From Convolutriloba macropyga (Eukaryota), in the NCBI RefSeq assembly GCF_964194025.1, contig NC_134473.1, forward strand, positions 58,900,001-58,964,000: a stretch of 64,000 nucleotides of DNA. Reading direction: 5' to 3'. Each line of letters starts with the position of its first letter. Position 1 is the first letter of the stretch. The notes under the pieces are model-generated. The model was not told the origin of the DNA. It searched no databases and saw nothing but the letters and a program-made list of their open reading frames with translations. Shown piece by piece: positions 1 through 14,100 of this stretch. The translations under genes were made by a program, and so were the position numbers.

Positions 1-830
1 ATTTGTGCGTTGGCCAATGGACTCGCGATTGAAACTGTTTCGGTTTCGTTGTTTTTGCCTTGTGTTAGCGCCGTGAAGTTGATTGAATTGTTTTGATGGG
101 TTTACGCCACTTACTTTTGTTGATGAAATTCGTTACTGGTTTCTTCGTCCCCTTTTTATGTTTACTGCAATAATTAGTCAATCACTGCTTCAAATGTATC
201 GGGTAGCAAATCACGCTGAATAACGTCGGCTAACATGTTTGTGAAAAAATTATCTCGTATCATGTCTGCCTCATTTTTTTCAAAATTGCATTTTTCGGCA
301 AATTTTTTCAGAGTACTGTAGAAATGTTTGACTGTTCCGCTTTGTTTCTGTTTTTTGGAGAAGAAAACAAATCAATCAAAACTGATGTTGCGTGGTCGAA
401 CGAAAGCTATTAGTAGCATTTCCCAGTTTGAGCGTTGACAGAACATAAATGATATTACGAGCAAATTTATTTTCTGTGTTGGTATTCTCCGTCTATCTCT
501 GCCTATACTGAGATATAGAAGAGAAACACAATTTTGATTGCACAATGTCCATGGATGTTCCCCGAGTTTTTGGCATTTCAGTTTCTTTTGCTTTTGGGCT
601 GGCTATTCCTTATCTGCCTCTCTCTTTCTGTTTGTTCCGTTTTATCTTCGATAGGTGTTTCGCTTATGGGTTCGGGTGGGTGTTTGGTTCTGGAGCGTTT
701 GGGCTCGAGAAGTGATTATATAGTGGTTTTTTCGCGTGCCATTACCGCATCGAATAGGTGTTTCTGTAGTTGCTCGTTCCCAAAACGGTTCGATTGACCA
801 ACGTGTTTTTTTGCGATTCATGAGAAGCTG
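1..830 (-). mobile_element. Decayed Gypsy/Ty3-type LTR retrotransposon gag relic (runs off window start)
   Basis: Minus-strand translation RPRNISFD*FVFFSKKQKQSGTVKHFYSTLKKFAEKCNFEKNEADMIRDNFFTNML...LFAVNIKRGRRNQ*RIS aligns by eye with the gag at 44039-44659 (RNITIDRY..RKQ..ERLKKFY..CDL...IIRDVFIGNM...MAINIEMGIQNQLKIS); internal stops. Confidence 0.75.
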
Positions 831-2199
831 ACTGCGTAGAGATTAATGATCTGTACTGAAATGTGTTTTCGCTCAACAAAACCCAATATTGTATTATGTT
901 TAGAATTGAGTGATTTCGCGGTGCGAATCGCATACAATTCTGTTGGAAAGAACTATTAAGTTGTGAAGCAATTTTTTGTTAGTAATTGCTCCTTGAATCC
1001 CAGCAATTATTTAGTTCTAATGATTTGCTTAGCAAAAGACTAAAATTTGAGTATGATTTGGAATTGTCTAATTTTCTCGGCTAATGATCTCTTTTAAAGA
1101 GAGTCAACTGAGCAATGAATTCGGATTCAAGAGAATGAAAGTAAATTGTTGGCAAACTATGATCAACAATTTGATCATGAATTTAAATGTGAAAAGAATT
1201 GAATAAAATCATTTTGCGGAGAACATCTTGAAATTGGCTACATAAACGGTCAGTGAATCAAACCAACTTTTTAGGAAGGCTGAACAATTGAATGAAATGA
1301 AAGATAATGAAAGAAATTTAACATCAAATACAAAGACGAAATGAGTTTGTGCGTTTTCCCACTGCGTAGGCTGTATTTGAGTTGTCACCTAATGCTACCT
1401 GGGTTCATTTGGTCCTGTGTTTTTTATTGCGTTGTGTCTGGAATCGAGCGACAATTGCGGCCTACTTTTATTTTGATACCCCAAGTGTGTTTGAAGTAAG
1501 AGTAGCTGGTTTAAGTTAATATCGTGCGTGCATTTCCACGGATTTAAGTTTTAATGACCGGGCATTTTCTGCTTTGTATGCTCGATGGTTGACCACAGTT
1601 TTGCGCAATTTTGTTGTATTTATCTTTTTTTATTGGTTTCTTTTTTACTGTTCTTTATATTCTTGGATGTTAAGAGCTGATATTGCAAAAAACAGTTTTG
1701 GTTTGTCTCACAATTAACGCCACAAAAATTTGAAAAAAATTATATTGTGTTTTGGTTACTTCGGCATTTGTCTCCAGGCACCTAGTTGAATATTCTCAAT
1801 TCAAATGCTTTTCCAGGAGTTGGCGTAATCTTTTGAAATTCTTGTTAAATTTTTTGGTTGATCGTAATGGCAAAAAAATTGCCCCTCAATAGTCTTGCGC
1901 CGTTTCTAATTGACAAGGAGAGGGTACTGCAATAGTTCGTAGTGGTGAGTGTGGAATTGATACATTGTCGCTCTCTGTTTTGATTCCTTGTCATTTCAAT
2001 ATCTTTTGAGTGCAACGCAACGTTGGGTTGAACATACTAGTTTTGACTTCATCCCCTAGTTGTATGGTTTCGATACGTTCGACTTTACATGCATTTTCCG
2101 CCCATCGATTCCAATGTTCAACTAGATCAGTGACTTGGCTTTTTGTCTTCGATGTCCTATGTTCTGTCTCCGCATGATACGCCTATTATGACTATTACG

Positions 2200-5100
2200 T
2201 TTTTGGAAAATAAAGACCCGGAAAAAATCCCCACCTAAAATTAGACAGAAAATAAGGGGTATAACTTCATTAACGCCCCTAAAAAGAAACTATTGCGATC
2301 TGTAAGAAATGAAAAAATTTTCTACGACTACATGAAGAAAAACAATTACAGGCAAAAACCGGGAAAACAATTGCGAGAGAAACGTCAATCAGTGGAAACT
2401 AATAGAAATGCTAATTTATTCCAATTTAAATCCAAACTAAATTATCTTTAAAAAATTAGTCCTACAACTACAACACTGTGTTCACTTAAAACTTTTTCCA
2501 TCGCCAATAGGAACTTTCTATATTACAGCGTGATAGAAATTGGATAACAGATCCAAACTTTGAAAGAAATTTGAAAACTCAAAACGATAAGGTCATAAAT
2601 CAATCAAAAATTCATAACGGATATAACCGCTGTCCTTGCTGTTTTCCTATTAATAATAAGGCCTATGAGGTCTGATTACAACGGGAGCCAACAAATTTAT
2701 AGAACTGAGAGATTTTCAAAACGTAATTTACAAAGAGCGGGTAATTTACAAAGAGCATTTTTCTGAATCGATAGTTTTGAAGTCTTAACAACCATTTGGG
2801 TATGCATTCAATGCAAAGGATAGATCACTTTAATCCTCTTTGGGAAACCAATTGCGTTTTTTATAAACAAATTTAAGCCATAGAAAAACAAAAAGGCAAC
2901 AAATGTGGCTAAAAAACAAAATGTCACAAAAAATTGGGAGAACAAATTTTGAGGCCGTAAAGATCAAGAGCAATGATTCCTTTGAACAAAATTATTGTTT
3001 ATTCGATCTCGTTTTATCTGTGTTCATTTATCTCTGTTCATTTTAAACAGTAAGTGCACGAAACTGTCAAGGCTTTGAATCTATAAAAAGCTATTCGCTG
3101 ATAAACTTTTGTTTTCACCTAAAACGTTTTGCATTGCCAAGGGGAACTTTCATTATTTTAACGTGATAAAAATTCAATAAGAGAACCAAATTTTCGAAAA
3201 ATTATGAAAAATCAGAACGATAAAGTCATAAATCAATCATAATACACTAAGGGATAAAATTGCTGAGCATGCTGTTTTTCTATCGTTGTTTAGGCCTATG
3301 TGGCCATTAAAACTATCAGCTAGTATCTTAATATTATGTTTTTTAGTTCAATGATTATTTGCTTCACTTCATTTAACACATATCTGAAAGATTTTGTATG
3401 CTCGCTTGTTTCTCATTTGAAAACCAATGGGACTTGTTTTAAACACGAATATTTTAAGGGACAACAAACGAATTGATCCACAACAATTTTAATTGAGAAA
3501 CGGCATACTGTCCAAGATTTAGAACATTGATTGAAACAAAGGACCAATAGAGGATTTGGCATTTAAAGCAAGCGAAATCAGATGGGACCTCACATTGATG
3601 AGAATAAGTTTCAACTTGGCAAAAAGATGACAATAACTGGAAAAAGTCAAAAAAAACCTGAAAATTTTGAAAACAGGTGGGATCAACATCATCAAAAATG
3701 TTGGCTATCACCTGAAAATCCTGTATAACTTCATTAACGCCCCTAAAAAGAAACAATTGCGATCTGTGAGAAATCAGAAAATTTTCTACGACTACATGAA
3801 GAAAGACAATAACAGGCAAAACCCGGAAAATAAAAATTGCGAGAAGCGTCAAAGTTATTAATGGCAGATGTCAATCAGTGGAAACTTATAGATATGCTAA
3901 TTTATTCCAATTTCAATCCAAACTAAATTTTCTTTTAAAAGAATAAGTCCTACAACTACAGCTTTGTGTTCACCTAAAAGTTTTTCATCGCCAATGGGAG
4001 CTTTCTATATTACAACGTGATATAAATTGGATAACAGAACCAAACTTTGAAAGAATTTTGAAAACTCAAAACGATAAGGTCATAAATCAATCATAAATTC
4101 ATAACGGATATAACTGCTGTCCTTGCTGTTTTCCTATTAATAATAAGGCCTATGAGGTCTGATTACAACGGGAGCCAACAAATTTATAGAAATGAGGGAT
4201 TTTCAAAACGTAATTTACAAAGAGCGGGTAATTTACAAAGAGCATTTTTCTGAATCGATAGTTTTGACGTGTTAGCAAACTTTAATTATGCATTCAACGC
4301 AATGGATAGGTTACTTTAATCTTCTTTGCAAGACCAATTGCATTTTCTGTCAAAAAAATTAAGCCTTAGGACTAAAAAAGGCAACAAATGTGGGTAAAAA
4401 ACCGAAGGCCACAACAAATTATGGGAACAATTTTTTGACGCCGTAAATATAATGAGCGGTGACTCCTTGAAACAACATTATTGTTTATTCGATCTCGCTT
4501 TATCTGTGTTCATTCATCTCTGTTCATTTTAAACAGTAAGTGCACGAAACTGTCAAGGCTTTGAATCTATAAAAAGCTATTCGCTGATAAACTTTTGTTT
4601 TCACCTAAAACGTTTTGCATTGGCAAGGGGAACTAAGAGAACCAAATTTTCGAAAAGTTATGAAAAATCAAAACGATAAAGTCATAAATCAATCATAATA
4701 CCAAAAGGGATAAAATTGCAGGGCATGCTGTTTTTCTACCGTTTTTTAGGCCTATGTGGCCATTAAAACTATCAGCTAGTATCTTAATATTATGTTTTTT
4801 AGTTCGATGATTATTTGCTTCACTTCATTTAACACATATGTGAAAGATTCTGTATGCTCGCTTGTTTCTCATTTGAAAACCAATGGGACTTGTTTTGAAC
4901 ACGAATATTTTAAGGGACAACAAACGAATTGATCAAAAAGGCAACATATGTGGGTAAAAAGCAAAGTTCCTTAAAAATAGGAAAATATTTTTTTGAAGCC
5001 GTAAAAATCATGAGCGATGATTCCCCGAAAGAAACTCATTGTTCATTGTGCCTCGTTCGTTCTTAAATGGGTTTCATCATTAATGAAATTTTGATGTGAA

Positions 5101-8100
5101 AAGCAATTTTGTTTTGAATGAGTTCAGGAAAACCAAAAACTGTTTAAAAAATTTTTCGAAAAACAGCTCCCAAAAATAATACGAATGTTTTACATTGTGA
5201 ACTTCCAAAGAAAATAAAAACTTGTTTTTATATGGTTGCTTGTCTTTTAGGAAAACCAAATTTATCCATGTTTTATCGTAAAAAACCAGTTTCATTTAAA
5301 TATTTGATACAAAGTTCAAAATTTGGTCAAAAAGGACGCTAAATGTGATTAAAAATACACCTAAATGTGAATTATACACTAAACTCTAAAGCTTTATAAC
5401 TCCTCGAAAGAAAAGAGAGTTACAAAAATCTTTTTATTTTTAAATTTTATGCTGGAAGAGCTTTTTAATGATATACATCTTGATTTTTTACGATGATTAT
5501 ATGAATCGCCAGAATTGACAGAAGAAAAAAGACCATTTGAGTATGTAGTTCCTCCACCACTATGTGGGTCGGATCAACAAACGTTAAATAACTGATATGG
5601 CAAATGTCAAAGCTTGATAGAGCTGTTCGATCCCGAGGGGATAAAACCGCTGATCATACTGTTTTTCTATTCATTTTTAGGCCTATGAGGTCTGATTATA
5701 ATGGGAGCCAACAATTTTTTAGAACTGAGATATTTCCAGAAAGTAAATACAAAGAACGGTTAATGTTTTTTGAATGAATAGATTCGAAGTCTTAACAACC
5801 ATTAAGTATGCATTCAACGAAACAGATAGTTTACTTTAATCTTCTTTGCAAGACCAATTGCATTTTTTGTCAAGAAAATTAAGCCTTAGGACTAAAAAAG
5901 GCAACAAATGTGGGTAAAAAACAGAAGGCCACAACAAATTATGGGAACAATTTTTTGACGCTGTAAATATAATGAGCGGTGATTCCTTGAAACAACATTA
6001 TTGTTTATTCGATCTCGCTTTTTCTGTGTTCATTCATCTCTGTTCATTTTAAACAGTAAGTGCACGAAACTGTCAAGGCTTTGGATCTATAAAAAGCTAT
6101 TCGCTGATAGACTTTTGTTTTCACCTAAATTGTTTTGCATTGCCAAGGGGAACTTTCATTGTTATAACGTGATAGAGGTTCAATAAAAGAACCAAACTTT
6201 CGAAGAATTATGAAAATTCAAAACGGTAATGTCATACATCAATCATAAAACCATGAGGGATAAAAATGCTGACCAGTCTGTTTTTCTATTGTTTTTTAGG
6301 CCTATTTGGTCTGCTCAAAATAGGAACCAACACTTCTATAGAACTGAGAATTTTTCAAAAAAATTTACAACGAGCGGGTAAGGTTTTTTTTGAATAAATA
6401 GATTCGAAGTCCTAACAACCATTAAGTATGCATTCAACGCAATAGATAAATTACTTTAATTCTCTTTAGGAACGATTGTATTTTCTGTCGACAAGATTAA
6501 GCCATTGGGCTACAAAAAGGCAACATATGTGGGCAAAAAACAAAGTTCCTTAAAACTGGAAAATATTTTTTTGAAGCCGTAAAAATCATGAGCGATGATT
6601 CCCTGAAACAAACTCATTGTTCATTGTGCCTCGGTTGTTTTTAAATGGCTTTCATCATTAATGAAATTTTGATGTGAAAATCAATTTTGTTTTGAATGAC
6701 TTCAGGAAAAGCAAAAAACTGTTTAAAAAATTTTTCGAAAAACAGCTCCCATATATAATACGAATGTTTTACATTGTGAACTTCCAAAGAAAATAAAAAC
6801 TAGTTTTTATATGGTTGCTTGTCTTTTAGGAAAACCAAATTTATCCATGTTTTATCGTAGAAAACAAGTTTCATTTAAATATTTGATACAAAGTTCTAAA
6901 TTTGGTCAAAAAGGACGCTAAAGGTGATTAAAGTTAAACCCAAATTTGAATTATACTCTAAACTCTAAAGCTTTATAACTCCTCGAAAAAAAAAGAGAGT
7001 TACAAAAATCTTTTTATTTTTAAATTTTATGCTGGAAGAGCTTTTTAATGATATACATCTTGATTTTTTACGATGATTATATGAATCGCCAGAATTGACA
7101 GAAGAAAAAAGACCATTTGAGTATGTAGTTCCTCCACCACTATGTGGGTCGGATCAACAAACGTTAAATAACTGATATGGCAAATGTCAAAGCCTGATAG
7201 AGCTGTTCGATCCCGAGGGGATAAAACCGCTGATCATACTGTTTTTCTATTCATTTTAGGCCTATGAGGTCTGATTATAATGGGAGCCAACAATTTTTTA
7301 GAACTGAGATATTTCCAGAAAGTAAATACAAAGAACGGTTAATGTTTTTTGAATGAATAGATTCGAAGTCTTAACAACCATTAAGTATGCATTCAACGAA
7401 ACAGATAGTTTACTTTAATCTTCTTTGCAAGACCAATTGCATTTTTTGTCAAGAAAATTAAGCCTTAGGACTAAAAAAGGCAACAAATGTGGGTAAAAAA
7501 CAGAAGGCCACAACAAATTATGGGAACAATTTTTTGACGCTGTAAATATAATGAGCGGTGATTCCTTGAAACAACATTATTGTTTATTCGATCTCGCTTT
7601 TTCTGTGTTCATTCATCTCTGTTCATTTTAAACAGTAAGTGCACGAAACTGTCAAGGCTTTGGATCTATAAAAAGCTATTCGCTGATAGACTTTTGTTTT
7701 CACCTAAATTGTTTTGCATTGCCAAGGGGAACTTTCATTGTTATAACGTGATAGAAGTTCAATAAAAGAACCAAACTTTCGAAGAATTATGGAAATTCAA
7801 AACGGTAATGTCATACATCAATCATAAAACCATAAGGGATAAAAATGCTGACCAGGCTGTTTTTCTATTGTTTTTTAGGCCTATTTGGTCTGCTCAAAAT
7901 AGGAACCAACACTTCTATAGAACTGAGAATTTTTCAAAAAAATTTACAACGAGCGGGTAAGGTTTTTTTTGAATAAATAGATTCGAAGTCCTAACAACCA
8001 TTAAGTATGCATTCAACGCAATAGATAAATCACTTTAATTCTCTTTAGGAACGATTGTATTTTCTGTCGACAAGATTAAGCCATTGTGCTACAAAAAGGC

Positions 8101-11100
8101 AACATATGTGGGCAAAAAACAAAGTTCCTTAAAACTGGAAAATATTTTTTGAAGCCGTAAAAATCATGAGCGATGATTCCCTGAAACAAACTCATTGTTC
8201 ATTGTGCCTCGGTTGTTTTTAAATGGCTTTCATCATTAATGAAATTTTGATGTGAAAAGCAATTTTGTTTTGAATGACTTCAGGAAAAGCAAAAAACTGT
8301 TTAAAAAATTTTTCGAAAAACAGCTCCCATATATAATACGAATGTTTTACATTGTGAACTTCCAAAGAAAATAAAAACTAGTTTTTATATGGTTGCTTGT
8401 CTTTTAGGAAAACCAAATTTATCCATGTTTTATCGTAGAAAACAAGTTTCATTTAAATATTTGATACAAAGTTCTCAATTTGGTCAAAAAGGACGCTAAA
8501 GGTGATTAAATTAAACCCAAATTTGAATTATACTCTAAACTCTAAAGCTTTATAACTCCTCGAAAAAAAAGAGAGTTACAAAAATCTTTTTATTTTTAAA
8601 TTTTATGCTGGAAGAGCTTTTTAATGATATACATCTTGATTTTTTACGATGGTTATATGAATCGCCAGAATTGACAGAAGAAAAAGGACCATTTGAGTAT
8701 GTAGTTCCTCCACAACTATATGGGTCGGATCAACAAACGTTAAATACTTGATATGCCAATTGTCCATCGATTGATGAAGCTATTCCATGGAGAGTCCAAA
8801 TGAGAGATGAACAAAAGTTCCTGCGCAGTGAAATAATATTTTTTGTATGGAGCCAGGATGGTAGCATAGTACCTCACACATATTTTTTTTTACAAAATTC
8901 CTAATCCTTGGAACAATATCTCTGCTCATTTATTTCTGTTCATTTTAAACAAAAAGTGCAGGAAAATGTCAAGGCTTTGGTTACATAAAAAGCTATTCGC
9001 TGATAGATTTTTTTGTGTTCACCTAACGTTTTTCATTACCAGTGGGAATTTTCATTATCCTAACGAGGAAGAAATTCGATAAAAGAACCAAACTTTTGAA
9101 GAATTATGAAAATTCAAAACGATAAAGTCATATATCAATCATAAATCCATAAGGGATAAAACGGCCGACCAAAATGTTTTCTGTTGTTTTTTTTAGGCCT
9201 ATTTGGTTCAATTAGAATGTGAGCCCACAATTTTAGAGAACTGAAGTAATTTGAAAAAGTAATTCTCAAAGAGCAGGTAGGGTTTTTTTTAAAAAAAGAT
9301 TCGAAGTCTTGACAACAACCATTAAGTATGCAGTCAACGCAATAAATAAATTACTTTAATAATCTTTGGGACAACAATTGCAATTTTCGTCGACAAGATT
9401 AAGCTATAGGACTACAAAAAGGCAACTATTTTGCGTAAATAACAAAAATCATTAAAGTTAGGAAAACATTTTTGAATCCGTAAAAATCATGAGCGATGAT
9501 TCCCTGAAACAAATTTATTGTTCATTTTGCCTCGTTTGTTCTTATATGCGTTTCATCATTAATGAAATTTTGATATGAAAAGTGATTTCGCCTTGAAGGA
9601 CTTCAGGAAAACCAAAAAGTGTTTTAAACAATTTTCAAAAATTAGCTCCCAAATATAATACGAATAGTTTACATTGTGAACTTCCAAAAGAAAATAACAA
9701 CTAGTTTTTTATGGTTGCTTATCTTTTAGGAAAACCAAATTTATCCATTCTTTATCGTAAAAAAGAAGATTTTTAGAATTTTTTGATACAACGTTCTATA
9801 TTTGGCCAAAAAGGACGCTAAAGGTGAATAAAGTTACAACTAATTGCGAATTATACACTAAAATTTAAAGCTTGATAACTCCTCGAAAGAAAAGAGAGTT
9901 AAAAAATCTTTCGTTTTAAATTCTATGCTGGAAGAGAATCTTAATGATATACCTCTCGACTTTTTACGATGATTATATGGATCGGGCAGAATTGACAAAA
10001 AAAGACAATTTGAGTATGTAGTTCCTCCCCCACTATGTGGGTCGGATCAAGAAACGTTAAATACTTGAAATGCCAAATGTCCAAAGCTTGATAGAGCTGT
10101 TCGATCCAGAAGGGATAAAACCGCTGACCATACTGTTTTTCTATTCATTTTTAGGCCTATGAGGTCTGATTATAATGGGAGCCAACAAATTTTTAGAACT
10201 GAGATATTTCCAGAAAGTAAATACAAAGAACGGTTAAGGTTTTTTTTGAATAAATAGATTCGAAGTCTTAACAACCATTAAGTACGCATTCAACGCAAAG
10301 AGCAGGTAGGGTTTTTTTAAAAAAAGATTCGAAGTCTTGACAACAACCATTAAGTATGCAGTCAACGCAATAAATAAATTACTTTAATAATCTTTGGGAC
10401 AACAATTGCAATTTTCGTCGACAAGATTAAGCTATAGGACTACAAAAAGGTAACTATTTTGCGTAAATAACAAAAATCATTAAAGTTAGGAAAACATTTT
10501 TGAACCCGTAAAAATCATGAGCGATGATTCCCTGAAACAAATTTATTGTTCATTTTGCCTCGTTTGTTCTTATATGCGTTTCATCATTAATGAAATTTTG
10601 ATATGAAAAGTGATTTCGCCTTGAAGGACTTCAGGAAAACCAAAAAGTGTTTTAAACAATTTTCAAAAATTAGCTCCCAAATATAATACGAATATTTTAC
10701 ATTGTGAACTTCCAAAAGAAAATAACAACTAGTTTTTATGGTTGCTTATCTTTTAGGAAAACCAAATTTATCCATTCTTTATCGTAAAAAAGAAGATTTT
10801 TAGAATTTTTTGATACAACGTTCTATATTTGGCCAAAAAGGACGCTAAAGGTGAATAAAGTTACAACTAATTGCGAATTATACACTAAAATTTAAAGCTT
10901 GATAACTCCTCGAAAGAAAAGAGAGTTAAAAAATCTTTCATTTTAAATTCTATGCTGGAAGAGAATCTTAATGATATACCTCTCGACTTTTTACGATGAT
11001 TATATGGATCGGGCAGAATTGACAAAAAAAAGACAATTTGAGTATGTAGTTCCTCCCCCACTATGTGGGTCGGATCAAGAAACGTTAAATACTTGAAATG

Positions 11101-14100
11101 CCAAATGTCCAAAGCTTGATAGAGCTGTTCGATCCAGAAGGGATAAAACCGCTGACCATACTGTTTTTCTATTCATTTTTAGGCCTATGAAGTCTGATTA
11201 TAATGGGAGCCAACAATTTTTTAGAACTGAGATATTTCCAGAAAGTAAATACAAAGAACGGTTAAGGTTTTTTTTGAATAAATAGATTCGAAGTCTTAAC
11301 AACCATTAAGTACGCATTCAACGCAACAGATAGGTTACTTTATTGAATCCATAAAAACTATACTGATGAATTTTTTGTGTTCACCTAAAACGGTTTTCAT
11401 TGCCAGTGGGAATTTTCATTATTATAACGAGAAAAAATTCCATAAGAGAACCAAACTTTTAAAGAACTTTGAAATTTTAAAGCCACAAAGTCATAAATCA
11501 ATCATAAAACCATAAGGGACAAAACCGCCGACCATAATGGTTTTCTATTGTTTTTTAGGCGTATTTGGTCCAATTAAAATGTGAGCCCACAATTTTAGAG
11601 AACTGAGGTATTTTGAAAAAGTAATTCACAAAGAGCAGGTAGGGTTTTTTCGAAAAAAAAAAGATTCGAAGTCTTAACATCAACCATTAGTATGCTGTCA
11701 ACGCAATAAATAAATTACTTTAATCCTCTTTGGGAGAACAATTGCATTTTCTCTCAACAAGATTAGGCCATAGAACTACAAAAGGCAACAAATTGTGCAA
11801 AAAAAAAACAAAAGTTCAAAAAACAAAAATTAGGAAAACATTTTTTGAAGCCGTAAAAACCAGGAGCGATGATTTCTTGAAACAAAATTATTGATCATTT
11901 AATCTCGTTTTATCTCTGCTCATTTATTTCTGTTCATTTTAAACAAAAAGTACAGGAAAATGTCAAGGCTTTGAATCCATAAAATGCTATTCGCTGAGAG
12001 TTTTTTTGTGTTCACCTAACGTTTTTTCATTGCCAGTAGGAATATTCATTATTATAACGAGGAAGAAATTCAATAAGAGAACCAAGCTTTTGAAGAATTA
12101 TAAAATTTCAAAACGATAAAGTCATAAATTAATCATAAAAACACAAATGATAAAACGAATGACCATAATGTTTTTCTTTTGTTTTTTAGGCCTATTTGGT
12201 TCAATTAAAATGTGAGCCCACAATTTAAGAGAGCTGAGGTATTTTGAAAAAAGTAATTCACAAAGAGCAGTTGGCTTTTTTTGAAAAAAAAGATTCGAAG
12301 TCTTAACAACAACCATTAAGTATGCAGTCAACGCAATAAATAAGTTACTTTAATCCTCTTTGGGACAACAATTGCATTTTCTGTCAACAAGATTAAGCTA
12401 TAGGACTGCAAAAAGGCAAAAATTTTGGGTAAATAACAAATTTCATTAAAGTTAGGAAAACATTTTTGAAGCCGTAAAAATCATGAGCGATGATTCCCTG
12501 AAACAAATTTATTGTTTATTTTGCCTCGTTTCTTCTTAAATGCGTTTCATCATTAATGAAATTTTGATATGAAAAGTGATTTTGTTTTGAATGACTTCAG
12601 GAAAACCAAAAAGTGTTTTAACCAATTTTCAAAAATCAGCTCTCAAATATAATACGAATATTTTTCATTGTCAACTTCCAAAAGAAATTAACAACTAGTT
12701 TTTTATGGTTGCTTGTCTTTAAGGAAAACCAAATTTATTCATATTTTATCGTAAAAAACAAGTTTTATTTAACTTTTTGATGCAAAGTTCTAAATTTGGT
12801 CATAAAGGACGCTAAAGGTGAAAAAAGTTACAACCAAATGTGAATTATACACTAAAATTTAAAGCTTGATAACTCCTCGAAAGAAAAGAGAGTTAAAAAA
12901 ATCTTTTGTTTTAAATTCTATGCTGGAAGAGATTTCTAATGATATACCTCTCGACTTTATACGATGATTATATGGATTGGGCAGAATTGACAGAAGAAAA
13001 AAGACAATTTGAGTATGTAGTTCCTCCCCCATTATGTGGGTCGGATCAAGAAACGTTAAATACTTGAAGTGCCAAATGTCCAAAGATTGATGGAGTTATT
13101 TGATCCCGAAGGGATAAAACCGCTGACCATACTGTTTTTCTATTCATATTTAGGCCTATGAGTTCTGATTACAATGGGAGCCAACAATGTTTTAGAACTG
13201 AGATATTTCCAGAAAGTAATTTACAAAGACCGGTTAAACATTTTTGAATGAATAGATTCGAAGTCTTAACAACCAATAAGTATGCATTCAACGCAACAGA
13301 TAGGTTACTTTATTTCTCTTTGGGAGACCAATTGCAATTTTTGTCAACAAGATTAAGCCATAGGACTGCAAAAGGACAAGAAATTGGATAAAAAACAAAC
13401 GTTCAACAATCAAAAATTAGGAAAACAATTTTTTGAAGCCTTAAAAACCATGAGCGATGATTTCTTGAAAAAAAATTATTGTGCATTTGATCACGTTTTA
13501 TCTCTGTTCATTTATCTCTGTTCATTTTAAACAATAAGTGCAAGAAACTGTCAAGGCTTTGAATCCATAAAAAGATATTCTGATGAATTTTTTGTGTTCA
13601 CCTAAAACCGTTTTCATTGCCTGTGGGTCTTTTCATTATTATAACGATAAAAAAATGCAATAAGAGAACCAAGCTTTTGAAGAAAAATGAACATTCAAAA
13701 CGATAAAGTCATCAATCAATCATAAAACCATAGGGGATAAAACGGCTGACCACAATGTTTTTCTATTGTTTTTTAGGCCTATTTGGTTCAATTAAAATGT
13801 GAGCCAACAATTTCAGAGAACTGAGGTATTTTGAAAAAGTAATTCACAAAGAGCAGGTAGGGTTTTTTCAAAAACAAATATTTGAAGTCTTGACAACAAC
13901 CATTAAGTATGCAGTCAACGCAATAAATAAATTACTTTAATCCTCGTCGGGACAACAATTGCAATTTCTGTCAACAAGATTAAGCTATAGGACTACAAAA
14001 AGGCAACATATTTGGGTAAATAACAAAGTTCATTAAAGTTAGGAAAACATTTTTGAAGCCGTAAAAATCATGAGCGATGATTCCTTGAAACAAATATATT

